A stretch of DNA of 64,000 nucleotides, taken from positions 27,443 to 91,442 of the forward strand of contig NZ_JBLWWR010000009.1 of the NCBI RefSeq assembly GCF_048267825.1, written 5' to 3'. The translations under genes were made by a program, and so were the position numbers. Origin of the DNA: Pseudidiomarina sp. (GTDB lineage: Bacteria > Pseudomonadota > Gammaproteobacteria > Enterobacterales > Alteromonadaceae). The notes under the pieces were generated by a model. It made no database searches, was not told where the DNA came from, and saw only the letters and a program-made list of their open reading frames with translations. Positions 9,817 through 18,582 of the stretch are shown one piece after another. Every line of letters starts with the position of its first letter. Positions within the stretch are counted from its first letter, which is position 1.

Positions 9817-10206
9817 ATGAGCAACATCCCAAAGGAACTTAAGTACGCATCAACGCACGAATGGGTGCGTAACGACGGCGACGGCATTTTTACTGTCGGC
9901 ATCACTGAGCACGCGCAAGATTTGTTAGGCGATATGGTGTTTGTTGAGTTGCCAGATGTTGGTGCCAATGTTGCTGCCGGTGATGATGTTGCCGTTGCAG
10001 AATCAGTAAAAGCAGCTTCTGACATTTATGCACCAATTGCTGGTGAAATTGTCGAAGTAAACGAAGACTTAGAAGACGCACCAGAAACAGTAAATAATGA
10101 CCCATTTGGTGACGGCTGGTTGTTCAAAATCAAAGCCGAAGACCCAACTGAAGTTGAAGGCTTGCTTGATGCCGAAGGTTATCAAGCAGTTATCGACGAA
10201 GAATAA
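9817..10206 (+). CDS. gcvH: Glycine cleavage system H protein
   Basis: 129 aa with the lipoyl-lysine motif [14 protein letters not shown]. Confidence 0.95.
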   Translation: MSNIPKELKYASTHEWVRNDGDGIFTVGITEHAQDLLGDMVFVELPDVGANVAAGDDVAVAESVKAASDIYAPIAGEIVEVNEDLEDAPETVNNDPFGDGWLFKIKAEDPTEVEGLLDAEGYQAVIDEE

Positions 10207-10226
10207 CAGCTCGTTTTGTTGCTAAG

Positions 10227-10256
10227 CCCCGGTCATTTGCACCGGGGTTTTGTGTT
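10227..10256 (+). terminator. Hairpin plus T-tract between gcvH and gcvP (possible partial terminator)
   Basis: CCCCGGT-cattgc-ACCGGGG followed by TTTTGTGTTT. Confidence 0.5.
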
Positions 10257-10300
10257 TCAAATGTCTTGTATCAACCCGAAAGCTAGGGGATCTGAAGTAA

Positions 10301-13186
10301 ATGACTACGACCACGCTGAAGCAGTTAGAAAATCACGGTGAATTTATTGCGCGTCACATTGGCCCAAGTGCTGATGAAACCGCAGCAATGTTAGCAGAGC
10401 TGGGTGTTCATTCACTCGAAGAGCTCACGCAAGACACCGTTCCTGGTGCGATTCGTCGCGACCCATTCTTGTCAGTTGGCGAACCAATGACCGAGCGCGA
10501 TGCGCTGGCCAGATTGAAAGCCATTGCGAGCAAGAATAAAGTCTACAAGTCATTTATTGGTATGGGGTATTACGACACCCTAGTGCCCAACGTTATTCTG
10601 CGTAACGTGTTAGAAAACCCAGGTTGGTACACCGCTTATACGCCTTATCAGCCAGAAATTGCGCAAGGTCGTTTAGAAGCTATTTTGAACTTCCAACAAA
10701 TGACCATGGACTTAACCGGCCTTGAATTGGCCAGCGCCTCGTTGCTTGATGAAGCAACCGCTGCTGCCGAAGCCATGGCAATGTCCAAGCGCGTAAGCAA
10801 AAGCAAATCGAACACCTATTACGTTGCGGACAACGTTTACCCGCAAACCATCGACGTGGTGAAAACCCGCGCCGAACAGTTTGGCTTTGAAGTTTTAGTT
10901 GGCCCAGCACGTGACGCCGACAGCCAAGACGTATTTGGTGCATTGCTGCAATATCCAGATCGCAACGGTGAAATTCATAACATCGAAAAACTGATTGCCG
11001 ACATTCAAGCGAACAAAGGCGTGGTTGCCGTTGCTGCCGATATCATGAGCTTGGTGCTGTTGAAGTCACCAGGTGAAATGGGCGCAGACATGGTGTTGGG
11101 TTCAGCCCAACGTTTCGGCGTACCTATGGGCTATGGCGGCCCACACGCTGCATTCTTCGCAACCCGCGACAAGTACAAGCGTTCGTTGCCAGGCCGTATC
11201 ATTGGTGTGTCAAAAGACACCCGTGACAACCAGGCACTGCGTATGGCCATGCAAACGCGTGAGCAACACATTCGCCGTGAAAAAGCCAACTCAAACATCT
11301 GTACCGCACAAGTACTGTTAGCCAACATGGCTTCGTTTTACGCGGTATACCATGGCCCGCAAGGCCTGAAAACAATCGCTTCACGCATTCATCGCTTAAC
11401 TGACATTGTGGCGCTGGGTTTGAAAGAAAAGGGCGTGAAACTGGTTAATAACCATTGGTTCGACACGCTAACCTTCAAACTGGAAGGCGATACCGATGCC
11501 GTGTTAGCACGCGCGGACCAAGCAGAAATTAACTTACGTGTTGATGGCAACGGCCAGTTTGGCGTAAGCCTTGATGAAGCCAAAACCCGTCACGACGTAG
11601 CCGCATTGTTTGCGGTGTTATTCGGTGATGACCACGGCTTAGAAGTTGACGTACTGGATTCACGTGTTGCCTCAGGCGACGTTGAGTCAATTCCAGCAGC
11701 ATTGCGCCGCGAAAGTGCAATTCTGGAACACCCAGTGTTCAACAGCTACCATTCAGAAACCGAAATGCTGCGTTACATCAAGCAGCTTGAAAACAAAGAC
11801 TTGTCGTTGAACCACAGCATGATCTCGCTTGGTTCATGCACCATGAAGCTGAATGCGACCGCAGAAATGATTCCGGTTACCTGGCCTGAATTCGGTCAGT
11901 TGCACCCGTTCTGCCCAGCAGACCAAGCACAAGGCTACGCAGAATTGCTGAGCACCTTGTCAACGTGGTTAGTGGATATTACTGGCTATGACGTGATGTC
12001 TATGCAGCCAAACTCGGGTGCTCAAGGTGAATATGCTGGCTTGCTGGCTATTCAAAAGTATCACCAGAGCCGCGGCGACGCGCACCGTAACATCTGCTTG
12101 ATTCCAAGCTCTGCGCACGGCACCAACCCAGCTTCTGCACAAATGATGAGCATGAACGTGGTAGTGGTGGATTGCGACAAGAACGGTAATGTTGACTTGA
12201 ACGACCTGAAAGCGAAAGCCGCTGAAGCAGGCGATAACTTGTCGTGCATCATGGTTACGTATCCATCAACGCATGGTGTGTACGAAGAAGGCATTAAAGA
12301 CATTTGTGAAATTGTGCACGCGCACGGTGGCCAAGTGTACCTTGACGGCGCCAACATGAACGCACAAGTAGGCGTTACGTCGCCGGGCTATATTGGTGCT
12401 GACGTTTCGCATTTGAACTTGCACAAAACCTTCTGCATTCCACACGGTGGCGGCGGTCCAGGTATGGGCCCAATTGGTGTTAAACAGCACTTAGCACCGT
12501 TTTTGCCGAATCACAGCGTGATTACCATTGAAGGTACCGACAAAGCGAACGGCGCAGTTTCTGCAGCACCATTCGGCAGCGCAAGCATTCTGCCAATCTC
12601 GTGGATGTACATTGTCATGATGGGCAGCCGTGGCTTACGCGAAGCAACTGAAGTGGCAATCATGAACGCCAACTACATTGCCAAGCACTTAAGCAAGCAT
12701 TACCCAATTCTGTACAAAGGCCGTAACGACCGCGTTGCGCACGAGTGCATCATTGACTTACGCCCATTGAAAGACGCCAGCGGCGTAACCGAAATGGACG
12801 TGGCAAAACGCCTGCAAGACTATGGCTTCCACAGCCCAACCATGAGCTTCCCAGTAGCGGGCACCTTAATGGTTGAGCCGACTGAGTCAGAATCAAAAGC
12901 TGAGCTAGACCGCTTCATTGAAGCCATGATCAGCATTCGCGAAGAAGCAAAACGTGTTGAAGCAGGTGAGTGGGCGCAAGACAATAACCCACTACACAAT
13001 GCACCACACACGTTAGCAGACATCGTTGACGCCAACTGGGAACGTCCATACAGCCGTGAAGTGGCTGCATACCCAGTAGCTGCGGTTAAAATCAACAAGT
13101 TCTGGCCAAGCGTGAACCGTATTGATGACGTATACGGCGACCGGAATTTGATGTGTAGCTGCCCGGCGGTTGATAGTTATCGTTAA
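10301..13186 (+). CDS. gcvP: Glycine dehydrogenase (decarboxylating), P protein
   Basis: 961 aa. The PLP site [16 protein letters not shown] and the overall length are typical of single-chain GcvP. Confidence 0.95.
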   Translation: MTTTTLKQLENHGEFIARHIGPSADETAAMLAELGVHSLEELTQDTVPGAIRRDPFLSVGEPMTERDALARLKAIASKNKVYKSFIGMGYYDTLVPNVILRNVLENPGWYTAYTPYQPEIAQGRLEAILNFQQMTMDLTGLELASASLLDEATAAAEAMAMSKRVSKSKSNTYYVADNVYPQTIDVVKTRAEQFGFEVLVGPARDADSQDVFGALLQYPDRNGEIHNIEKLIADIQANKGVVAVAADIMSLVLLKSPGEMGADMVLGSAQRFGVPMGYGGPHAAFFATRDKYKRSLPGRIIGVSKDTRDNQALRMAMQTREQHIRREKANSNICTAQVLLANMASFYAVYHGPQGLKTIASRIHRLTDIVALGLKEKGVKLVNNHWFDTLTFKLEGDTDAVLARADQAEINLRVDGNGQFGVSLDEAKTRHDVAALFAVLFGDDHGLEVDVLDSRVASGDVESIPAALRRESAILEHPVFNSYHSETEMLRYIKQLENKDLSLNHSMISLGSCTMKLNATAEMIPVTWPEFGQLHPFCPADQAQGYAELLSTLSTWLVDITGYDVMSMQPNSGAQGEYAGLLAIQKYHQSRGDAHRNICLIPSSAHGTNPASAQMMSMNVVVVDCDKNGNVDLNDLKAKAAEAGDNLSCIMVTYPSTHGVYEEGIKDICEIVHAHGGQVYLDGANMNAQVGVTSPGYIGADVSHLNLHKTFCIPHGGGGPGMGPIGVKQHLAPFLPNHSVITIEGTDKANGAVSAAPFGSASILPISWMYIVMMGSRGLREATEVAIMNANYIAKHLSKHYPILYKGRNDRVAHECIIDLRPLKDASGVTEMDVAKRLQDYGFHSPTMSFPVAGTLMVEPTESESKAELDRFIEAMISIREEAKRVEAGEWAQDNNPLHNAPHTLADIVDANWERPYSREVAAYPVAAVKINKFWPSVNRIDDVYGDRNLMCSCPAVDSYR

Positions 13187-13203
13187 TTGGTTTTGATGTG
13201 ATG

Positions 13204-13236
13204 AAAAAGGCGAGCTTTTTAGCTCGCCTTTTTTGT
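13204..13236 (+). terminator. Rho-independent terminator of gcvP
   Basis: AAAAAGGCGAGC-ttttt-AGCTCGCCTTTTTTG. Confidence 0.8.
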
Positions 13237-13297
13237 GCGTGTCGGAAAATCTTCTTTTTGTAATTGTAAAAACGTATGGAGCGGGGCGTATTTCTAG

Positions 13298-13438
13298 TTT
13301 TTAGCCAATGCACTCAAATCTGATGCTGATGTTTTCATCTTAGCAAACAGGGAGAGTTGCATGGTGAGTAATAAAGGTATACTTTTAACTCGGAATCCGA
13401 ATTATTTCAGTGCGTCGCTCACGAATAAAAGAGGTTGA
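13298..13438 (+). pseudogene. Possible 5'-truncated BrnT-like (DUF497) toxin remnant
   Basis: This open frame ends in ..NKGILLTRNPNYFSASLTNKRG*. Its stop (13436..13438) sits in the typical toxin-stop/antitoxin-start junction upstream of the brnA-like ATG. The tail is only loosely reminiscent of the BrnT C-terminus (..RIISARKA..), so the evidence is weak. Confidence 0.25.
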
Positions 13439-13443
13439 GCTTT

Positions 13444-13695
13444 ATGAAAACCAAGAAATTTGAAGAAAAGTTCGATGCCAATAAAGAGGATATTATTGAC
13501 GATCTGGATCTGTCTACCGCACGGCGAGTAAATCAGGACTCTAAACGAATCAATGTCGATTTTCCGCTCTGGATTGTTGAGTCTCTAGATCAAGAGGCTG
13601 CCCGTATTGGTGTCACGCGACAATCGCTGATTAAAGTTTGGTTGGCAGAAAGGTTAAGTCTTGAGCAAAAAAATCAGCGCAGTGTGGATTGTTGA
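13444..13695 (+). CDS. BrnA-like antitoxin (CopG/RHH-type)
   Basis: 83 aa. KFEEKFDANKEDIIDDLDLSTARRVNQDSKRINVDFPLWIVESLDQEAARIGVTRQSLIKVWLAERL matches the BrnA pattern (..rvnvdfP.wml..ld.eA.r.GvsRqalIK.wl...l). Confidence 0.7.
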   Translation: MKTKKFEEKFDANKEDIIDDLDLSTARRVNQDSKRINVDFPLWIVESLDQEAARIGVTRQSLIKVWLAERLSLEQKNQRSVDC

Positions 13696-13840
13696 TAAGT
13701 ACTCAAATCTAAATTGTGGTCTTGGGGTAGCTGTTAAATCAATTCTGAGCTAGTACAAGTTAAGCTTGCAGTTTTCGCAACTATTCCAGTGAATTGCGAC
13801 TAGTTCGCCAAACATCAAGGAATCACTATTTTCACTTGCA

Positions 13841-13903
13841 TTTCATACTTTACTGGTGAAAGCTGATCATTGAAACCTAAATTTCTTTGAAAATATGGTG
13901 TTA
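13841..13903 (+). repeat. Upstream module Y, copy A (TTTCATA..GGTGAAAGCTGATCATTGAAAC..TGGTGTTA)
   Basis: Shares a near-identical ~35-nt core and a downstream TGGTGTTA box with 16093..16150. Confidence 0.7.
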
Positions 13904-13998
13904 CTCTAAGAGGAAGCTTACTAGAAAAAGCGTTTAGGAATGAGCCTACAATTGCCCCTCCCTGATAGACACTCCCAAGTTTGTTTAAGATAACTCTA

Positions 13999-14017
13999 TT
14001 GAACTAGTGGTGATTCA
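13999..14017 (+). repeat. Module X, copy 1 (TTGAACTAGTGGTGATTCA)
   Basis: 16 of 18 nt are identical to the corresponding part of X3 (24285..24308). It lies 86 nt upstream of the shosT-like ATG. Confidence 0.6.
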
Positions 14018-14103
14018 GTTACCCCCAAAGCATGTGAAATGGTTGCTGAACTTATATTTTACGTTTAACGTAACAAAACTTTTATGCAAAAGGATTTGTT
14101 GTA

Positions 14104-14669
14104 TGCCGTTTCAACAACCCAAAATATTTTGTTTTGATGAGTACCACCCTTATCGCATTGCAGGAGTACAAAACCTTAAATGTGATAGTAAATCCAAACT
14201 CATGATGGATTTCAAAGACCCGACTAATTGTAACCACGAAAAGGCAGTGAAATACTTTACTAAATCATTGATATTAAACCTTCAAACGTTAACATATCAA
14301 CGCCGACCGATTACGGCTCATGAATTTATCGTAACAGTCGTGCCATCTCACACTGCTGGTCGCATATCACCTGCGCTTTGTACTGTTGCTCGGAAAGTAT
14401 GCCAACACTTTCCACTTTGGTCATTCTCACAGATATTGACAAGGCATGTTACGGTGCCAAGCTCCCACAAAGACGGAGGGAAAAGAAGCATAGCGACCCA
14501 CCTGAATAGTATTAATGTGGTTTCTCCTATAGATGTTCATGGGAAGCGCGTATTAATTTTAGATGACGTAAAAACCACAGGAAGTACAATTACCGCATGC
14601 CATAATCTAATTCAAGACGCAAAGGCAGTACTCATAGTACCCGTCGCTTTAATGGAAACAACATACTAG
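14104..14669 (+). CDS. shosT: Phosphoribosyltransferase-domain protein, ShosT-like toxin
   Basis: Has the PRPP-binding loop KRVLILDDVKTTGSTITA near the C-terminus. The ATG at 14104 has the RBS AAGGA 8 nt upstream. The gene is followed 2 nt later by a DprA-like gene. Confidence 0.7.
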
Positions 14670-14671
14670 TT

Positions 14672-15634
14672 ATGAATCAGAATGGATTGTTAAATATAGT
14701 AGCCCTAGGCACCGCGATGCAGACATACAAGCTGTGTAGTGAAGCGATGCTACTTCGATTATTCCGACTTGCCGGAGTCGGCGACTTTGAAGATCGAGCG
14801 GCAATAGTAGATAGGTTAAATGGGTTAAAATTTTTAAATGAAAAAATTTATATGGAAATTTTCGATAAAGGGTTCGAATTAGTGCGTAAGCATACGCTTG
14901 ATTCTATTGATATTATTTCGATTTTTGATCCAAGATACCCGAGCTCGCTGCTAATTACGTCACGCCCTCCGGCTTTATTGTATGTAAAAGGGAACTCGAA
15001 TTTACTTGGTGAAAGTCCGGGCGTTGCTGTTGTTGGTTCAAGGGAAGTATCTAGTGCGGGTGCTGAGATTACTAGGCGGATAGTGAGCCGCCTTGTAAAA
15101 GAGGATTATTGTATAGTCAGCGGTTTAGCAATAGGCGTCGACTGTGCAGCGCATCGCGCTGCTATATCGGCAAAGGGGAAGACTATTGCTGTTCTTGCTC
15201 ATGGGCTGGAGGAAGCAAAACCAAAGCAAAATTCACGCCTTGGGGAAGAAATCCTTGATTCAGGTGGCGCTTGGGTGTCCGAATTTCCAATTGGCAGAGC
15301 GCCAAGCAAACCAACATTTGTACAAAGAAATCGAATTCAAGTGGGGTTGTCTGCTGGATCCGTAATTGTTGAAGCTGCGCTAAATAGTGGCAGTATGACT
15401 CAAGCTGAATTCTGTAACCAAGAAAAGAGACCTTTGTTTTGTGTCGTTCCAGAAGACGCGACTAATAGATTAAATTTGAATTGCGAAGGTACGCAAAGTT
15501 TAGTCAACAAGAATGCTGCACATCCTTTAAGAACAAAAGAAGATTACGAGCATTTAGTTTGCACCTTGAATAAAGGGCGGGAAGTGATTGCCAATCATGT
15601 ACATGATTACTCGAACGTTAAAAGTTTTCTGTAA
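14672..15634 (+). CDS. shosA: DprA/Smf-like (SLOG Rossmann) protein, ShosA-like antitoxin
   Basis: GVAVVGSREVSSAGAEITRRIV...IVSGLAIGVDCAAHRAAISAKGKTIAVLAHGLEE..P..N..L...GAWVSEFPIGRAPSKPTFVQRNRIQVGLS..VIVEAALNSGS is the DprA core. Confidence 0.75.
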   Translation: MNQNGLLNIVALGTAMQTYKLCSEAMLLRLFRLAGVGDFEDRAAIVDRLNGLKFLNEKIYMEIFDKGFELVRKHTLDSIDIISIFDPRYPSSLLITSRPPALLYVKGNSNLLGESPGVAVVGSREVSSAGAEITRRIVSRLVKEDYCIVSGLAIGVDCAAHRAAISAKGKTIAVLAHGLEEAKPKQNSRLGEEILDSGGAWVSEFPIGRAPSKPTFVQRNRIQVGLSAGSVIVEAALNSGSMTQAEFCNQEKRPLFCVVPEDATNRLNLNCEGTQSLVNKNAAHPLRTKEDYEHLVCTLNKGREVIANHVHDYSNVKSFL

Positions 15635-16040
15635 CACTACCAATCTGTAAAATAGAGTTACTTGGTCTGGTTCAAGATATCTATTAGCTCAAACCTTATC
15701 TGGCAGTCATCTTTTTTCTGGTCACGATATTTCTAGCCTTGTTATACTTAACGCCTGCGGGCTAGAAGCGAATCGACACGGTTTTAGCGTTCGAACGGAG
15801 AACGAAACTAGTCTCAAATCTAAGCCCGTCCGAAATTGCTCGAAGTAAACCTTTCGTTTCATAGTAAGACAAACCGTTCAGTAAAAGCTGGGGAATCCAT
15901 TTATTCCTCGTTTGGCCGTTTTAGGTGGCACTGGTTGTCTAACTCTCTAAATCTATCGATTGCAGAAATGTAGCTGTCTATATAAGCATCTGACTGCCCC
16001 AGCTTATTGAGAAAATTAGCTATAGGGTGAGTTTCTATTA

Positions 16041-16064
16041 TTGAATCGCCATTAGTTCACTAGA
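16041..16064 (-). repeat. Module X, copy 2 (inverted orientation)
   Basis: The reverse complement TCTAGTGAACTAATGGCGATTCAA matches X3 TCTAGTGAGCTAGTGGCGATTCAA at 22 of 24 positions. Confidence 0.7.
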
Positions 16065-16092
16065 CACTCAGCATCCGCTTTCTTAAATTTAT

Positions 16093-16150
16093 TTTCATAA
16101 CCTACTAGGTGAAAGCTGATCATTAAAACTGTGTTATAAATGTGGTGTTA
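16093..16150 (+). repeat. Upstream module Y, copy B
   Basis: TTTCATAACCTACTAGGTGAAAGCTGATCATTAAAAC...TGTGGTGTTA, compared with copy A TTTCATACTTTACTGGTGAAAGCTGATCATTGAAAC...TATGGTGTTA. Confidence 0.7.
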
Positions 16151-16248
16151 TATCTTTAATGCACATTCAATATCTAAGAGATGCTTAGATACTGCAGTTG
16201 TGCTCTAACATGTTCTGCGTCAGTAATATAAACAGGGATACAGCAAAA

Positions 16249-17055
16249 ATGGGCAACGACATTGCACTTAATGACCTACTAAATCTCAGTAAGTTAGCAG
16301 ATATCAAGTTCCGCTTCATGACCCCGCACTATAGTGGCGACCCTCTCGATATTTTTAAGCGTGAACCAGATAAAATCGATGAATGGTTGCTTTGGAATTA
16401 TGCAAAGCTTCGCTCATTTAAGATCGGAGACACGGTATTTGGATTTATCCGTTTGCATGGTGATAAGTGGTTACTTGTTCGAGCTGTGCGAATTACTGAA
16501 GATTTGAATGCTTTTAACGGTGTCGGATATCAAGCTATCAATATTGGTGAATATCAAAAATATTTGGGGCGTGTGATTATTTCATATAAAAACCGTGCGC
16601 AAAAACTAATAAGAAACGCAGCGACGTTAATTGATGAATGCAAAGTAAGCCGCATATTGGAAAATGTCTACAGCAATGATGACTTTCCAGGTTATGACAA
16701 CGTTAGAATTTCATGGCAAGAGCTCAATCATGTCATTGACACTATTGCGTGGAAAACGGCATTGGAAAATCAACAGGCTGTATATCTGATAACGGATCGC
16801 TCCAACGGTAAAATGTATGTGGGTTCAGCAACCGGTGATCAGATGTTATATAACCGCTGGAAGGACTATATGAGCTCAGGACACGGCGGGAATGCCGATC
16901 TTAAAAAGCTGGCCTCTGAACACATAAAGAATAATTTTTACTTTTCGATATTAGATATTTACAAATCGAAAGTCAGTAAGGATGTTGTAATAAATCGTGA
17001 GCAGTGGTGGAAGAAGACACTGCGAACCAACATTTTTGGATATAACAAAAATTGA
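16249..17055 (+). CDS. GIY-YIG nuclease-domain protein with an uncharacterised ~170-aa N-terminal domain
   Basis: The C-terminus AVYLITDRSNGKMYVGSATGDQMLYNRWKDYMSSGHGGNADL...REQWWKKTL fits the GIY-YIG pattern (GxYxI..GKxYVGSA..RW..Y). The start is assigned to the ATG at 16249, which has AGGGA upstream. Confidence 0.7.
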   Translation: MGNDIALNDLLNLSKLADIKFRFMTPHYSGDPLDIFKREPDKIDEWLLWNYAKLRSFKIGDTVFGFIRLHGDKWLLVRAVRITEDLNAFNGVGYQAINIGEYQKYLGRVIISYKNRAQKLIRNAATLIDECKVSRILENVYSNDDFPGYDNVRISWQELNHVIDTIAWKTALENQQAVYLITDRSNGKMYVGSATGDQMLYNRWKDYMSSGHGGNADLKKLASEHIKNNFYFSILDIYKSKVSKDVVINREQWWKKTLRTNIFGYNKN

Positions 17056-17299
17056 TTAAGTAATCTTTCGTTTCCACATAGTCTATTACAATTGAATCGA
17101 TAATAGACCGAACTAAAAGTTCGCTCTACGTTTGAACTAAATCCCATGTGTCAGTCACTTTTGGAGTTTTTTCCGTCAGCTTGGATGTGGATTTTGAATG
17201 AGAAACGGACGTTCGCCGAGCTTGAAAACTTTGTGATAATCTGAAGTCATGTTAAAACTATGTAACGATTATTTGATATATGTTTAAGGGACTAACGAT

Positions 17300-18388
17300 A
17301 TGAAGCATGCTTTTCTAATGACAACGTCGCCGAGCTTTGATGGATATGAAGTTGAAAAATATTTAGGCGTCGTCACCAGTAACGTTGTGACCGGGACGGG
17401 GATATTTTCAGATATTGCAGCTTCGTTCTCTGATTTTTTCGGAGGTCGATCTATTGCATATAAGAAGCAGCTTGAATCTATCCGCGAAGAAGCAATTAAT
17501 GAACTAGAAAATAAAGCTCGAGCACTCGGCGCGAATGCCGTCGTAGGACTATCCGTAGACAATGACCAAATCTCTGGTAAGAATACACAAATGCTAATGA
17601 TTACGGTGACAGCAACGGCAGTAGTATTAAAACAAGCTGATATTTCAGGAATTGGAAGTCAGCTGTCTGATGTTGTCACCACTCTGCTTAGCTCTGAAGA
17701 TGTTAAGCAGAGAGTTCGATTAAAAGAGTTGCAATCGGCAGATGAAGAACTCTCGTTGGAGCAATTATTTAAAGCATACAAAGATGTTTTTGCATTATTG
17801 CCAAAGCTTGACGTCGCTAGATTACTAGTAAAACGCTTTTTACGCTCCAAGTACGAGATGGATTCTAGTGACCAAGGAAGAAATCAAATGCTCTCCTATC
17901 TGATGCTGTTTTCAGCAGATGAATTGCAGAGCTTGATTTATGAGGAAATTCAAAATTTAGAAAATCCTCTAAGTTCACTTAGCTATCTTGGTGTGCTAGC
18001 GCAACATTTCGACATTTACGACGATGAGCACATCTCAAAACTACTTCAAATGAACAATGACGAGTTGGCAATTGCGGGATTAGTTGCGTGCTTTTCAAAA
18101 CAACCATATTACGAAGCCCAGGACATTTTTAGAATCAGGGCGATGCTAAAAAATATTGAGAATCGATTTCCAATTAAACGCGAGATTACTGATAAGAAGA
18201 AATCTCTTGGTCGTGTTGCGCGAGTATGGGTATGTGCAAACGGGCATGAAAATGACGAGGAACGCAAGATTTGTCTTCATTGTCAGTTGTCGCTTCGTGA
18301 TGTACCAAAATATCTATTTGAAGACACAGTCACCAAATTAAAATTACGGGCTGAATCTCTTGAAATTGCGTTCTCAGACACGAATTGA
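17300..18388 (+). CDS. YbjQ/UPF0145-domain protein fused to a ~250-aa helical region and a C-terminal zinc-ribbon
   Basis: Residues 1-110 align along their whole length with E. coli YbjQ (..YLGVVTSNVVTGTGIFSD....FFGGRS.AY...L...REEAI.EL...A.ALGANAVVGL..D......). The C-terminus has WVCANGHEN..ERKICLHCQ. Confidence 0.7.
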   Translation: MKHAFLMTTSPSFDGYEVEKYLGVVTSNVVTGTGIFSDIAASFSDFFGGRSIAYKKQLESIREEAINELENKARALGANAVVGLSVDNDQISGKNTQMLMITVTATAVVLKQADISGIGSQLSDVVTTLLSSEDVKQRVRLKELQSADEELSLEQLFKAYKDVFALLPKLDVARLLVKRFLRSKYEMDSSDQGRNQMLSYLMLFSADELQSLIYEEIQNLENPLSSLSYLGVLAQHFDIYDDEHISKLLQMNNDELAIAGLVACFSKQPYYEAQDIFRIRAMLKNIENRFPIKREITDKKKSLGRVARVWVCANGHENDEERKICLHCQLSLRDVPKYLFEDTVTKLKLRAESLEIAFSDTN

Positions 18389-18582
18389 TTGATGAGTGTG
18401 AGTTCAAGTCGAATTTCCTTTAGAGTGCGATTTATGGTGGTTGAAGTTCGGCTGTATATAGGTATCACAGGTAAAATGCATATAGAAAGCTAGCTCCACT
18501 GACCACTAAAAAATATTTAAGCAGTCCTAGAAAGTAAAATTTTTTTGAGCGAAGAGCTAATAGGCAAAAGGGAGTTCCATAG

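Noticed and set aside
14007-14103. The GTG at 14007 as the start of the PRTase gene (220-aa version).
   Set aside because: The extra 32 residues (VIQLPPKHVKWLLNLYFTFNVTKLLCKRICC) look non-protein-like, and the GTG lies inside repeat motif X. The ATG at 14104 has a good RBS.
15722-15862. A 46-aa minus-strand ATG ORF in the shosA to GIY-YIG gap.
   Set aside because: It has no Shine-Dalgarno sequence and no recognisable motif, and its composition is compatible with chance. It is mentioned only within the gap finding.
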